NCBI RefSeq assembly: GCF_018350175.1
Contig: NC_058368.1
Coordinates: 166,658,001-166,722,000, forward strand
Direction: 5' to 3'
Origin: Felis catus
Taxonomy: Eukaryota
DNA length: 64,000 nucleotides
Positions 1 to 12,001 of this stretch are shown piece by piece. Made by a program: the position numbers and the translations under genes. Position 1 is the first letter of the stretch. Every line of letters starts with the position of its first letter. The notes under the pieces were generated by a model that saw only the letters and a list, made by a program, of their open reading frames with translations, ran no database searches and was not told where the DNA came from.

Positions 1-54
1 AAGACGGACCACCAGTAGATTTCATTCTGTCCAAAATGTTCTACTCTAACTACA

Positions 55-370
55 CAATTGATCTTTGAACATAGGGCTTACGGGCACTGACCCTCATGTA
101 TTTGAAAATCTGTGCACAACTTCTGACTCCCCCCAAACTTAACTATTAATAGCCTACTGTTGCCCGGAAGCCTTATCAATAACATGCACTGTCAATTAAC
201 ACATATTTTGCATGTTATATGTGTTGTACATTGTATTCTTGTAGTCAGATAAGCTAAAGAAAATATTAAGAAAATCATAAGAGAAAATATATTCACAGTA
301 CTATACTGTAAAAAATCTGTGTATGAGTTGACCTACACAATTCAAACCCATGTTATTCAGAAGTCAATTG
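55..370. mobile_element. Tigger2-family (TcMar-Tigger; MER8/Tigger2a-like) non-autonomous DNA transposon fossil
   Basis: Degenerate terminal inverted repeats (caattgatctttgaaca ... tgttattcagaagtcaattg, followed by TA). Internal tgactccccccaaacttaactattaatagcctactgttg...ggaagcctta matches the recalled Tigger2 consensus. Confidence 0.8.
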
Positions 371-1072
371 TAACTAGAAGATTGTGCTCAACTAGAATAT
401 TTTTAGGAAATTGATATGCAAAGTTTTAATCCAATCTATCTTTCCAACTTCTTCCTCTCTCTACATAGTTATACCTACTTCAAAGTTGATGTCCCCTGAT
501 GCTTTCATGCAGCTCCCTAGCTTCCCAAAACTAGACTTCTTCCAGCTTACCCCATGATGTTCTTGAGGTAAAGCTTTAATGACATAGACATACAATTTTG
601 GCAGAGAGAGGGAGGACATACTTGGACATGTCACCTTGGACTGTATTATACCTTCTTTTTACTTAAACGTGTATGTATTTATCTCATCACTTCAAAGAAA
701 TGCTCTTTGTACCTCCCATGGCAGAAAATGGATACATAGTGTAGGGGGAAAAAAAAAACAAAAAACAAACAAACAAAAGAACCCAAGAGATACCCTTGTT
801 ACATACTAGGGTTTCTTTGCTTACCAAATCAAAGGTAAAACATATATTTTGTTCAGAATTCTGGAAATAATGCCTCTGTTGCTCTGGTCTAATCCACATA
901 GTTTCTAAAATTATTTCCAAGTGAAGACAAAAACATTTGGAAGATCAATATGGTGATACTTGCTCAGAACCAGATTTATGGTATCCCTTGAAAGACATGA
1001 TGGTCTGTTAGCATCAATTGCTCAATTATTGGGTAAATTCTATTCTCGGAGGCAGGGTTCAAGTGTTCCTAT

Positions 1073-1418
1073 CAATGGTCAGCCAACAATGGTCAATGGA
1101 AACAAATGGCTAAGAAAACAAATTCATCTTGTCTCATGTTTATGTATAGCCTGTAAGCTGAGAATGTTTTTTAGGTTTTTAAAGGTGTAAAAAACTCAGA
1201 AACAATAGTCCATGACCCATTAGAATGACATGAAATTCAAATTTCAGCATCTAAAAATAATATTTTGATGCAAATGGCTACACTCATTCATTAATGTATA
1301 ATCTGTGCCTTCTTTTATGTTACCATGGCCAAGTTTAGTACTTCTGACAGATGTTATAGCCCACAAAACCTAAAATATTTATATTCTTGCCCTTTACAGA
1401 AAAGTTTGCCAATCCCTG
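1073..1418. mobile_element. MER58B-like hAT-Charlie MITE
   Basis: Ends with the characteristic ctttacagaaaagtttgccaatccctg. Internal taagctgagaatg and atgaaattcaaatttcag motifs resemble MER58B. Confidence 0.75.
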
Positions 1419-1589
1419 GTTTATGGCATAGCTTTTTCATTACTCACACCTTCCCTCGATTGCCTGGAGAGATTAAGACAACCTGTACAAAATCCCCAAT
1501 GAGACACTACCTTCAGACAAAAATGCCTTTGGATAATTTTTGGAGCAGTGACACACACACACACACCCCACTCCTCCACCTCCATGGCC

Positions 1590-1925
1590 CCAGAGTGACT
1601 TTTTCAGAGCATGGTTCCAAATTTACCTGCTTAAAAGCCTTCAGTGGCCCCACTGCCTTTAGGGTCCATCAAAACTCCCAAGTTTGGATTTAAGACCCAC
1701 CCAAGACAAATATGAGCTAACTTAATATTCCCTTCTACCCCATAACCCAGACTTACCAAAGCCCAATGTGTGCTCTCAAGTCTCTGTGCCTTTGAGTTTC
1801 CTTTCTGTCTAGAATTCTGGTCTTCCCTTTCTCTACCTGGTAAACTCAATACACATCCTTTAAAAAAACAAATCAGATGTTGCCTCTTCTATGAAGTGAT
1901 CTTTCCTGATACTTCTGATCAGAAT
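1590..1925 (+). mobile_element. L2 LINE fragment (ancient)
   Basis: ctgcttaaaagccttcagtggccccactgcc and cagatgttgcctcttctatgaag resemble the L2 3' region. Confidence 0.55.
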
Positions 1926-1934
1926 CTTTTGGTT

Positions 1935-2328
1935 AACAGATTTCTGTATGTTGATTTTGTATCCTACAACTTTACTGAATTTGTGTATCAGTTACAGCAG
2001 TGTTTTGGTGGAGTCTTTAGGGTTTTCTATACAGAGTATATGTCATCTGCAAATAGTGAAAGTTTTATTTCTTCCTTGCTGATTTGGATGCCTTTTATTT
2101 CTTTTTGTTGTCTGATTACTGTGGCTAGAATTTTAAATAACGGTGGTAAGAATGAACATCCCTGTCTTGTTCCTAACCATAGAGACAGGGCTCTCAGTTT
2201 TTCCCCATTGAGGATGATATTAGCTGTGGGTATTTTATATATGATCTTTATTATGTTGAGGACTGTTCCCTTTACACTTACTTTGTGGAAGGCTTTTATC
2301 ATGAACGGATGTTGTACTTTGTCAAATG
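1935..2328 (-). mobile_element. Internal L1 ORF2 (reverse transcriptase domain) fragment with no 3' UTR or poly(A)
   Basis: ORF 2027..2302(-) reads ...[18 protein letters not shown]...GTRQGC...[19 protein letters not shown], the L1 RT region ending in the FADD catalytic motif. Confidence 0.9.
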
Positions 2329-3315
2329 AAGTAGCACTTAATCTTGATAAGTCTCTATTGTCAAAAAAAAAAAAAAAAGTCCAGCTTCCTTTCCACTCTT
2401 ACTTCAGATTCTTCTCCAAGATTCAAGATTTCCATTAAGCATAAAATAATCTTATTGGTAAATCCTTTTTCTATCAGGTAATAATTACAAACTAAGGGTT
2501 ATCATTCAGTATAATAATGAGCAAGTCAACAATAACTATTAGCTTTCATTCCAGTGTGTATTATTGATACTATCCATTTTTCTGCAAATTAGACGATTAG
2601 AAACTATAGTCTTCTGGAAAAAAAATTGACATCTTCTCTAATAATCTCTAGGATCATCAGGCCTTTAATTACCTCTGTGTTAAGGAAACAAAGAATACAA
2701 ACCTATTTAAAGTAAAAAGCAAAATAGTTAATTTTTGGAAGAAATACGTCTACTAATAGCATTCAAAGTAAAGGAAAACAAATTAAAAATTGTTTTAGAC
2801 ATGTGTTCACTTAACTATATCTTCAGAAAAAAAATATCAAAAATGGTATGATTCCATCTTAAATCTGTGATAAACTTGCCTGATGCCTCGTATTAGCTTT
2901 ATTACTCTGTTTCACCAAGTGCACACTGGAAAGAATAGGTATCCTTTTATACTAGAGAGAAATCTATAAACCTAATGATTATACATAATTATTTTTAAAT
3001 ATATAGAAATGGATAGTTATATTAGAAATGTTCTGAAGAAAACCGATGTGTAATTTTAAAATGTAATGACTACAATAAAGTTTTTGTGATATCAGTTTAC
3101 CTAGAGTAGGTCCTATGGCACTTTAATATTTCCTCTTCTAGATGATTTCTTAAAATTGGTTAACATATTATCAGAATTACACTGAAGTGCCCATCACTGC
3201 ATAAGTCCTATTTTTTTTTACTATAGACTGACAAGATTCTATTACCAAATCAGAGTATGCTTTCTTTTTAGTATATTTTTAATAAAATTGGAACACAAAT
3301 AAGAAAAGATTCTCC

Positions 3316-3554
3316 TGAGGAGGGCACCTTTTGGGATGAGCGCTGGGTGTTGTATGGAAACCAATTTGACAATAAATTTCATATATTGAAAAAAAAAACT
3401 GAGAACAAACTGAGGGTTGATGGGGGGTGGGAGGGAGGGAAGGGTAGGTGATGGGCATTGAAGAGGGCATCTTTTGGGATGAGCACTGGGTGTTGTATGG
3501 AAACCAATTTGACAATAAATTTCATTTAAAAAAAATAAAGAACAGAAAAAAAAA
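3316..3554 (+). mobile_element. Two tandem, heavily 5'-truncated feline L1 3' ends within one TSD
   Basis: Unit 1 (3316-3398) and unit 2 (3399-3554) both contain gggatgagc(g/a)ctgggtgttgtatggaaaccaatttgacaataaa plus an A-tail. Flanking direct repeat aagaaaag(a/g)ttctc at 3301-3314 and 3555-3568. Confidence 0.9.
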
Positions 3555-4824
3555 AAGAAAAGGTTCTCACTATTATATTGAACATTTCTTGGAAATTATA
3601 TCACCATAAAGAAATGATAACTGTAAGTACTAGAAAGCAGAAGACTAAAGCTAAAATAGTTTACAACATTATTATTCTTTATTCAAAGAATACCTGAAAG
3701 ACTATTAGTATATATAAGTTGAGCACAGTTTCATTTATGAAATAAGTATACTAACAATGACCAGTTACATAAATGGAACAAAAGGACCCATTCACAATAG
3801 CAATATTATTCTTTTTTTAAATGAGAGTAAACTTAACAAGGAAAAATCAGATTGAATATAAGGGGAAAAAATGTTTCTGAAGGACAGCAAAGTCGACCTC
3901 AGTAAATAGAGACAAACTTTGGTCTTGAAGGAAATTACTCAGTATTGTAAACACATTAATGTAATTCAAGTCAATATATACATATTATATGCAATTATAA
4001 TGAAAACTGTATTTTTTAAATTTTGAGGTAATGTTAACATCCATCTGGGATGTTTCGGCAGAAGTACACAAGAAATGATTGATGAATGAATGAATGAGTA
4101 AAAGATGTTTGAATTCAAGTGCCCATATCTTGGCTTTTAAAACCATTATCAGATTAGAGGAATCAGGGTCCCCTTGGATAAAGGGCTGTTTTAGGACTAG
4201 AGCAGGAAATATACAAGATGAGTCTAATTCTCATTCAGAAAACTAGTGCTCAAACAACAACAAAAACCACATTTATGTCATGTAGCAAAGGGAAGCAGGA
4301 ATCAATGGAAAGAGATCCCAATGGCTATAATTACAACAATTTGAGCAACAACATGAAATAGTATAAAATAAATATTCGTAATTCATATTTAATAGAAATA
4401 AATTGAATAAATGAGAGAGAATAAGCAAATATCCCATGCAGAAGAATTTCAAACAATTTATACATGTACTGCACCCTCAAGTAAATGGAGTGAGCATAAC
4501 TCCCTATTCCTTAAATGTGAATGGCATAGAGTGACTTCATTCCAAGGGTGTAGTATGAAAAGAAGAGGGAAAAAAAGAGTTTCTTCATGTTGGAGAAACC
4601 CGACAACACTACCTGAGCCAGGTGATCAAGATTAACATAGTGATAAGTCATGTTGATAGTTTATTCCTTTGATACAATGTTATGAAAAGGGCATTTTTCC
4701 TCTGTAGCATTCCTTCCAAAAGCCTATAACTCTAGTCTAATCTTGAGAAAAACATAAGAAAAAATTCAATAAGAGGAAGTGTACAAAATATCTGACCAGT
4801 ACTCCTCAAAACTGTCAAGTTTGT

Positions 4825-5697
4825 TGACTTAGTTGCCTCCTGGCTGCTGTAACAAAAATACCATAGACCGGATAGTTTTTAAACAGGAATTTCTCACAGT
4901 TTTGGAGACTGGGAAGTGCAAAATCAAAACACTATCAGCTCTGGTATCTGGCAGAGCCCATATCCTGGTGGATAGACTGCTGTCTTTTCAGAAGTGGAGG
5001 GGGTGAGGGAGCTCTTTTCGGGTCTTTTTCTTTTTTCTTTTTTTTCAATAGATGAAATTTGTTGACAAATTGGTTTCCATACAACACCCAGTGCTCATCC
5101 CAAAAGGTGCCCTCCTCAATACCCATCACCCACCCTCCCCTCCCTCCCACCCCCCATCAACCCTCAGTTTGTTCTCAGTGTTTAAGAGTCTCCTATGCTT
5201 TGGCTCTCTCCCACTCTAACCTCTCTTTTTTTTTCCTTCCCCTCCCATGGGTTCCTGTTAAGTTTCTCAGGATCCACATAAGAGTCAAAACATATGGTAT
5301 CTGTATTTCTCTGTATGGCTTATTTCACTTAGCATCGCACTCTCCAGTTCCATCCATGTTGCTACAAAGGGCCATATTTCATTCTTTCTCATTGCCACAT
5401 AGTACTCCATTGTGTATATAAACCACAATTTATTTATCCATTCATCAGTTGATGGACATTTAGGCTCTTTCCATAATTTGGCTATTGTTGAGAGTGCTAC
5501 TATAAACATTGGGGTACAAGTGCCCCTATGCATCAGTATTTCTCAGGTCTTTTTCCTGAAGGCACTGATCTCATTGGTAGGGCTGTGTTCTCATGACCTA
5601 ATCACCTCCAGTAGGTCCCACCTCCTAATACCATCACATTGGGGATTAAAATGTCAACATATGAATTCTGCAGGGACATAAACATCAGTCCACTGAA
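4825..5697 (-). mobile_element. MLT1A-like MaLR solo LTR, split by a young L1
   Basis: ggctgctgtaacaaaaataccatagac at one end and cccacctcctaataccatcacattgggg...tcaacatatgaatt at the other match the reverse complement of the MLT1A/A0 consensus. Confidence 0.8.
5031..5539 (-). mobile_element. 5'-truncated feline L1 (ORF2 C-terminus, 3' UTR, poly(A))
   Basis: ORF 5285..5533(-) CTPMFIVALSTIAKLWKEPKCPSTDEWI... is the L1 ORF2 C-terminus. T-tract at 5031-5045. TSD ttttcgggtctttttc (5015-5030) / ttctcaggtctttttc (5540-5555). Confidence 0.92.
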
Positions 5698-5802
5698 GTC
5701 ATCGAAATAAAAAAAAAAGGAATAAAAGTCTAACTTTTACAGCCAAGAAGAACTTAAGAAGACAAGACGACTAAAAGCAATGTGGTATCCTGGAGAGATT
5801 CT

Positions 5803-5925
5803 AGAAAGAAATAGAAAAAAAGAGCAAGAGAGAGGGAGGGAGGGAAAAGAAGGAAGGAAGGAGGAAAGAGAGGAAGGACAGAGGAAGGAAGAGAAAGAAG
5901 AGAAGGAAGGAAAGAAAGAAAGACA
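5803..5925 (+). repeat. Polypurine (GAA/GGAA-like) low-complexity tract
   Basis: About 120 bp of almost only A and G, read directly. Confidence 0.85.
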
Positions 5926-6289
5926 AGACAGGACATTAGATAAAGACTAAAAACAGCTGAATAAAGTGTGAATTTCAATTAATAATAATATATAAAGATT
6001 GATTCATTAACTGTGACAAAGGTAATATACTAATAAAGATGTTAACAATTTGTAAACTGGCTGTAGGGTGATTAGGAACCCTGTGCACCATTTTTACAAT
6101 TGTTTTGTAGACATAAAATTGTTCTAAAATAAAGTGTTTTTTTAAGGATGTTTGGAATACCATACTTTAAAGTTTACTATAGAGATGTAATAATTTCTAA
6201 AGCATAGCACTGGTACAAATTTAGACAAGTAAATCACTGCATAGAACATAGTCTAGAAACACACTACAACTATATACTAATCTTCTAAA

Positions 6290-7710
6290 TCATTAATTAA
6301 AGAAATATTTATTAAAAACCTTTTAAGTGCCAGACACCATTCTGAGCAATGAAGATAAAGCAGTGAACCAAATATATCTCCCTCACCTCTTATCCCCCTA
6401 CAAAACTTCCTCATTAAACTCATATTCTAGTTGAAAAGACAGGCAATAAACAAATTAGTAAAATGTGTATTTCAGGTGTTAAGTGCAATGAAGAGTAATA
6501 AACAGCAAGACGAATATGGAGTACCAGCTCTGGGGTGGCAATTTTAAATAGAATAGTCAAAAAGGCCTAACTTTCAGTTATCATAATTTAAGAAAAACTG
6601 AGAAAAGTGAAGGAGTGAGCATTAGGAATGTCTGGGGAAAGATCAATTCATAAAGAAGGAAAGTGAAAGTCCCTGAAATGACTATGCTTGGCAGATTTGA
6701 AGACAAGCAAGTGGATTGGTGTGACTAAAACAAAAGAAGAGAGACCCAGAACTCTAGGCTGTGACACCAGGGTGGTGACACAGTGAATATTCTTGAAGAC
6801 TATCATAAGGATTCTAGAGATTTTCCTTGGAATGAGGTACTTTTAGATAGTTATGAACAGAAGAAATATATGGTTCAATCTGTATATTAAAAGCAATGAT
6901 TTGGTTATTGTGCTGAGAATTGAACGTAGGGGGAAAGTAGTGAAATCAGAAGACGAATTAAGCGGCCTTTGAAATAATCCAATAAAAAGGGATAGTGGCT
7001 TTGACTAGGATGGTAACAGTGGACGTGGTGAATTTTTAAAAATTTTGAATGGAAAGCTAATGTTGCATTATCATTGACTAGATGTGGGCTCTCAGAGAAC
7101 TAGAGGAGCTAAGATGAATCCAAAGCATTCGTCTTGAGCAACCCAGTGGAATTCCTTACTGTTCACGGAAATGAGAAGGACTATAGAAAAAGCCTATTTA
7201 GGACCAAAGATAAAAATATTTTGGTTTAATTTTGTTAGACTTGAGTTGTTCCTTAGATATGCAAATGATGATATCAAATAGGTATATGAATATATAATTT
7301 TGAAACATAGTGGAAAGCTCTGGAGTGGAAAATAAATCTCCATGTAAATGTACTTAAGCCAAAGAGAATGGACAAAATCATCAAGGAAGTAAATGTAGAA
7401 ATAGAAGAGAAAAGGTCTAAGAACTGAGCTCTAGGAAACTCAAACATTAAGAAGTACAGGAGATAAGAAGCAAATCAAGGGACCTGAGAAGGCACAGCTG
7501 GTGAAGTAAGAGAAAGGAAGAAGGAGTAATCAAATGGGTCAAACAATGGTGTTAAAGCAGGTAAGAAGAGAACTGAGAACTGAAATTTGCATTTAGTAAG
7601 GTAAATAGGATAAAACAATTAAGGGCCTTGAAAGATCAGCCAAAGCTTGATTAGAGGGTGGTGAAAGAATTGGAAGAGAGAAATTTGAGCCAACAGCTTA
7701 GACAGTTCTC
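6290..7710 (-). mobile_element. L2a-like LINE, about 1.4 kb
   Basis: Starts with the reverse-complemented L2 tail (aaatatttattaaa...gtgccagacaccattctgagc...gataaagcagtgaac) and continues with L2-like motifs such as ggtggtgaatttt and gaactgagaactga. Confidence 0.75.
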
Positions 7711-8016
7711 TGGAGGTAGAATTTATAATTGTTTGGAGAAAGATTTGATTATTGAATAAAGAATGCTGAAACAATCAGTTTGCCACTTATAGAAAAAAAT
7801 AATAGAAGGAAGAACGAAGGAATGTACAAATAAAAATACTCAGAAACATTAAAATTTAAATGTAAGTTTATAAACGTATTTAGATCATTATATGAGGGGA
7901 GATATATGTATATATATTTATATTTATTTATGCATATCTGTATATGTAATTACACATAGAATATATTTAATCAAAATATGAGTGGTACAAAACAGAATAA
8001 AATGCTAAAGTTTTTT

Positions 8017-8234
8017 TTTTTTTTTTTTTTAACGTTTTATTTATTTTTGAGATAGAGAGAGACAGAGCATGAACAGGGGAGGGTGAGAGGGAGAGGGAGA
8101 CACAGAATCCGAAACAAGCTCCAGGCTCTGAGCTGTCAGCACAGAGCCCGACGTGGGGCTCGAACTCACGGACCGTGAGATCGTGACCTGAGCCGAAGTC
8201 GGACGCTTAACCGACTGAGCCACCCAGGCGCCCC
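8017..8234 (-). mobile_element. Can-SINE (SINEC_Fc), young
   Basis: tRNA-derived head, CT tract and poly(A), with CpGs intact. TSD gctaaagtttttt at 8004-8016 / 8235-8247. Confidence 0.97.
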
Positions 8235-8354
8235 GCTAAAGTTTTTTAATAAATAAAATTCAGAGCTTCTATGTGTTCACAAGACATTATAATACAAAAA
8301 GATAAGTTAATGACAACTTAGAAAAAGGTTATAATTTATAAGCATTATACAAAG

Positions 8355-8932
8355 TATTTGTCATTTGTCTCTTGGTCCCACATTTTTCTTTGCCTTAAAT
8401 ATGCTGCTTTATGCCTCTATAGCAAGACACTTTAAACCACTTTCCCCAGCCTCTGTACCTGGCTAGTGTCTGATTAACTCTTGTCAATGGAAGAGAGAAA
8501 ATAGACATTAAAAGGAAGGGAGAAGGAAAATGCACGTTCAGTGTCTGGCTCTGAAAGTGGCAGCAGTTGGTGGCCTTGGCACTAGTGATTGGGGCGGGCA
8601 GATAATCATGGCCTCTCGCAGCCCTGGAGGCACCAGCCCAAACAAGCGTTCCCTCTCTGAAGGTCTCTCCTCAGCAGTGTCAGTGCCACTTTGCAGATGG
8701 AGCTGCTGCAGCTGTACCTACAACCAAGCAGTGGCAGGTGCAGGCTCATGGCTCTGGCTCAGGGGCATTTGTGGCTTTCTCATCTCAGGATAATATCCCA
8801 TCATCCTCTTCATTCCTCTTCCATTCCCCCTCCCTTTTGGGTTCCTCCATAGGTTCCAAAACTTTTATACCTTATTTCATTTATTAAATTCTCTCTGTGG
8901 TTTCTATTTTTTGACTGGATTCTGATGGATAT
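8355..8932 (+). mobile_element. ERVL-type solo LTR (LTR33-like)
   Basis: The 3' end attaaattctctctgtggtttctattttttgactggattctgatggata resembles the LTR33 terminus. GC-richer interior. Confidence 0.55.
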
Positions 8933-8934
8933 GG

Positions 8935-9560
8935 AAGGCCAAAGTTTTGATGTTCTTAATATTTAAACACAAATAAATGAAAAATGAATGTGCCAATAAT
9001 AATGGGTAAAGAAATGAGTGATTTGCTATCATATAAAAGTGCCTAATATATGTATAGATACACATGTATAGTTTCAAACGCACTGGTACTAAAAATGAAT
9101 TCTTGGTGAGATTTAATTTTTATTCATCAACTAGAAAGACTAAGGAAATTACATATGCATTATTGCCAAGTGTAAATTAAACAGGAACTTTTATACACTG
9201 CTGCTGAGAGAAAGTTTCCAGAGGACAATTTGGCAATATATACTAAAACCCTTAAAAATGTGCATACATTTGACTCAGCAATTCTTTCTAAGAATTTATC
9301 CTAAGGAAATAAATATGAATGTTTCCATGAAGAGTTTATGTCAGTAGTACTTTGTTAGCAGTAGTAAAAATTGGGGAGAAATAATCATAGGCAGTTTTTC
9401 TAAAGTAGGAAATATTTTATATAAAATATGGTGCATTCATAGAAAGGAATAATCTACAGCCATTAAAATTTTATGAAAGGAAAGTATTTATTAACATGGG
9501 GGAAATGATCAGAATATATATTTAAGGAAGTAAAGAAGAATAGGTACTATATAAAATCTT
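8935..9560 (+). mobile_element. Ancient L1ME-type 3' region (probably continuing from about 7720-8350)
   Basis: acaggaacttttatacactgctg...acaatttggcaata...tttgactcagcaattc...gaatttatcctaaggaaataa is typical of old L1 ORF2-end/3' UTR sequence. Confidence 0.65.
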
Positions 9561-10356
9561 ATTTATAACCATTATACACACACATATCTATCCAGCAGAA
9601 TAATATTTCATGGACTCATGACACAATAGAGGTTCCAACCCAGTAAGATGACAGAACAAAAACTTTCAAAATAAATATTTGAGAGTTTTATGACAGGAAG
9701 ACCTTTCTCATTGAGACTCCTGACAGGGATAGAAGGTAGAATCAACTCCAATGAATAAAAAAGAATGTTTATGGAAAGGGTTTGGATTGGATTTGCCTTC
9801 TCTTTTGGAAAGTGTTTCTCCAATGCTGTGATTCCCAACCTCCTGCCCATTACCTCAAGACTATTCTTTCACAGGAGTTCTGAAGAGCTCCATCAGGTAG
9901 CTTGGGATGCCTTTCCAGTATTTAAGAGAACACGCGGAGCTGCTGTCTGGAATATTCCAAAAGTATAATGAGAAGACATGGCTACTGCCCTGAGGCAGCT
10001 AGGGATGAAGAGGATATTTAGGAAGTAAACCCTCCCAACTTAGACTTAAGAATGATTGGGAAAGAGAGCCTAGAGCTATTGTAAAGACTGCCCATGAAGA
10101 CTCCCTGGAAGGTTCTACAGCACATGGATTACAGGAAAAACTAGGGCTGCAGGAAAAATTCTTTCCTGGAAGACATACATTACAGCCATGCAGAGTTGTG
10201 GCAGGAGTGGGCAGGTGAGAGGGGCCTTTGAAGGACCCAGGAAGTACCATGAAAGACCAAGTCAGAAATCACACATACCCACTGCTGTGAAGACCATACA
10301 TTCCCTTTCCTCCGTTTCTCCTACCCTGAGCTTAAGATTATGAACCTTAATTCATA

Positions 10357-10446
10357 AGGAAGAGATCTTGAGGTGGGGAGTAAGTAGAGCCACACATCCA
10401 TATAAACACCCTCTACTGCACTAGAACATAGATTATATGTGTCTAC
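10357..10446 (+). repeat. Left arm of a 90-bp inverted repeat (partner 12002-12091)
   Basis: Compared base by base, 88/90 identical to the reverse complement of 12002-12091. Confidence 0.95.
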
Positions 10447-11494
10447 GCTTGTGTGAGTGACGTTTGGGGGGAAACTCAGGGGATAAGAGCTGAGTTCCAT
10501 ACCCAGGATGATGTAGTAAAGTATCAGGCCAGCAAGGTAAAATTATGTGATGGTGCAAAAAATGAGCAAATATTATCAGCTGTGATTATGAAAAAACACT
10601 ATTTCATCACAGATGGGATAGACTTTCAGTCAATTATTTTGGGCAATTCTATAAAGACCTGACACCAGAGTTGACATCCAGCTTAAAGGGATTGGAGATA
10701 GGTACACAAAGTAAGACGCAAATGGTATGTCAGCTGTTTCTAGAGATGAGTCAGTTATTCAAACAAGGAAAGCTGGTTTCTTAAAAGAGTTAATCCTAAT
10801 TTTGTTTTTAGCCATTTGGTTAGTAGTGATAAGTAACATGATTACTTTTCCAAATTTTTTAATCAGTTCTCATCTTTTCTAATCCCTTTTTGCTCAAGAA
10901 CCAATCTTTAGTCGCTGCAAGAAGACAGTGAGGACGACCCAGTCCTAACCTACACAAAGTGTCAGAGACCGCCTTGACTCAGCAAATAGCTGCTGTGTCA
11001 GTCTTGCAGGGAGTTGGGCTCACTAGGAAATTCAGTTTTCAGGGGCACTTCACCTTCTGGCTCTTCTCCTAAAGGATTGTGTTAATGGACAGGGGCGGCC
11101 AGTGTACTTCATTTTGAAATTGCATGTGACCTTATGTCTGTATATAGTATTTGAGGCACAGTCCGTCCTACATAGGTTTACCTGCTTTTTTGCTCTTAGA
11201 ACAAATTGGATATAGTGGCAGGAAATACTTCTAAATGCCGGTATTCACCAACTGTGGAAAGAAATCTGAATGATAATAAAATTGCTTTATCTAAAACCTT
11301 AACCTTTAAACCAAAAATTTCACTGACCAGAAATCCTCAAGTGAGCTGATTTAAATGAAATCATAATTAATATATTTCCATTTTTAATGAGAAATATTTT
11401 ATTGGGATATATCATGTATACCAAAAGGTCAGATCACAATTATCACCAATTGAAGTGACTGACTTATCTTCTCTGTCTGCCTACCTGTCTCTCT

Positions 11495-11496
<2 letters not shown>

Positions 11497-11548
<52 letters not shown>
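11497..11548. repeat. (AT)n microsatellite
   Basis: Uninterrupted AT run of about 52 bp. Confidence 0.95.
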
Positions 11549-11552
<4 letters not shown>

Positions 11553-12001
11553 AATATGTGTGAGTGTGTATCTGGTATATAAAAGTATTCTCGCAAAATA
11601 CAATCAAAATATAACTTTTTATTTTCTCCCACTAACAATTAAAAGGTATTTGTTGTGAGAAATTTAGATTTTCCTTTGCCCCTTGTTGGAACCTGAGAGT
11701 CTGGCTGAGACTCCCCACATCTTATCTTTCTGGGCATTCTTTGATATTAAAATACCTTCAGTCACTTTTAATTATAAATAGAGTCTTAGTTTAGCAGCTC
11801 CAATTTTACAGTCCCAGAAAATAAAACTGTGAACCTGCCTTAGTATTTGGATTTTCTCCCTTCCCCATGGCAGAGCCACAGTGGGGAGAGTGCTTCCCTG
11901 TATTATTTTCTCTGCTCATAGCATGTCCTCTCTCTACTGCTTTATAACTGCTTGGTTCTCACCTCTTCTAATTCATAAGGTTTCATAATCTTACTAAGGG
12001 G

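Larger units (their letters stand above)
4140..6140 (+). mobile_element. Old L1MC-type 3' region, interrupted by an MLT1A LTR and a purine tract
   Basis: ctcctcaaaactgtcaag (4802-4819) resumes as gtcatcgaaa near 5698. The end (ttcattaactgtgacaaa...aaagatgttaacaat...gttctaaaataaag) is typical of L1MC 3' UTRs. Confidence 0.7.

Noticed and set aside
1770..2438. 222-aa + strand ORF, the longest in the track
   Set aside because: Mostly the antisense frame of an L1 ORF2 fragment plus L2 flank, a common L1 artefact.
9271..9280. Second TGACTCAGCA (ARE-like) motif
   Set aside because: Lies in the ubiquitous L1 tgacccagcaatt motif of an old L1, so it is weak evidence of function.
9900..10700. Possible ancient Gypsy-like/ERVL LTR around the left inverted-repeat arm
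   Set aside because: Only a vague compositional resemblance; I could not define termini or a family.
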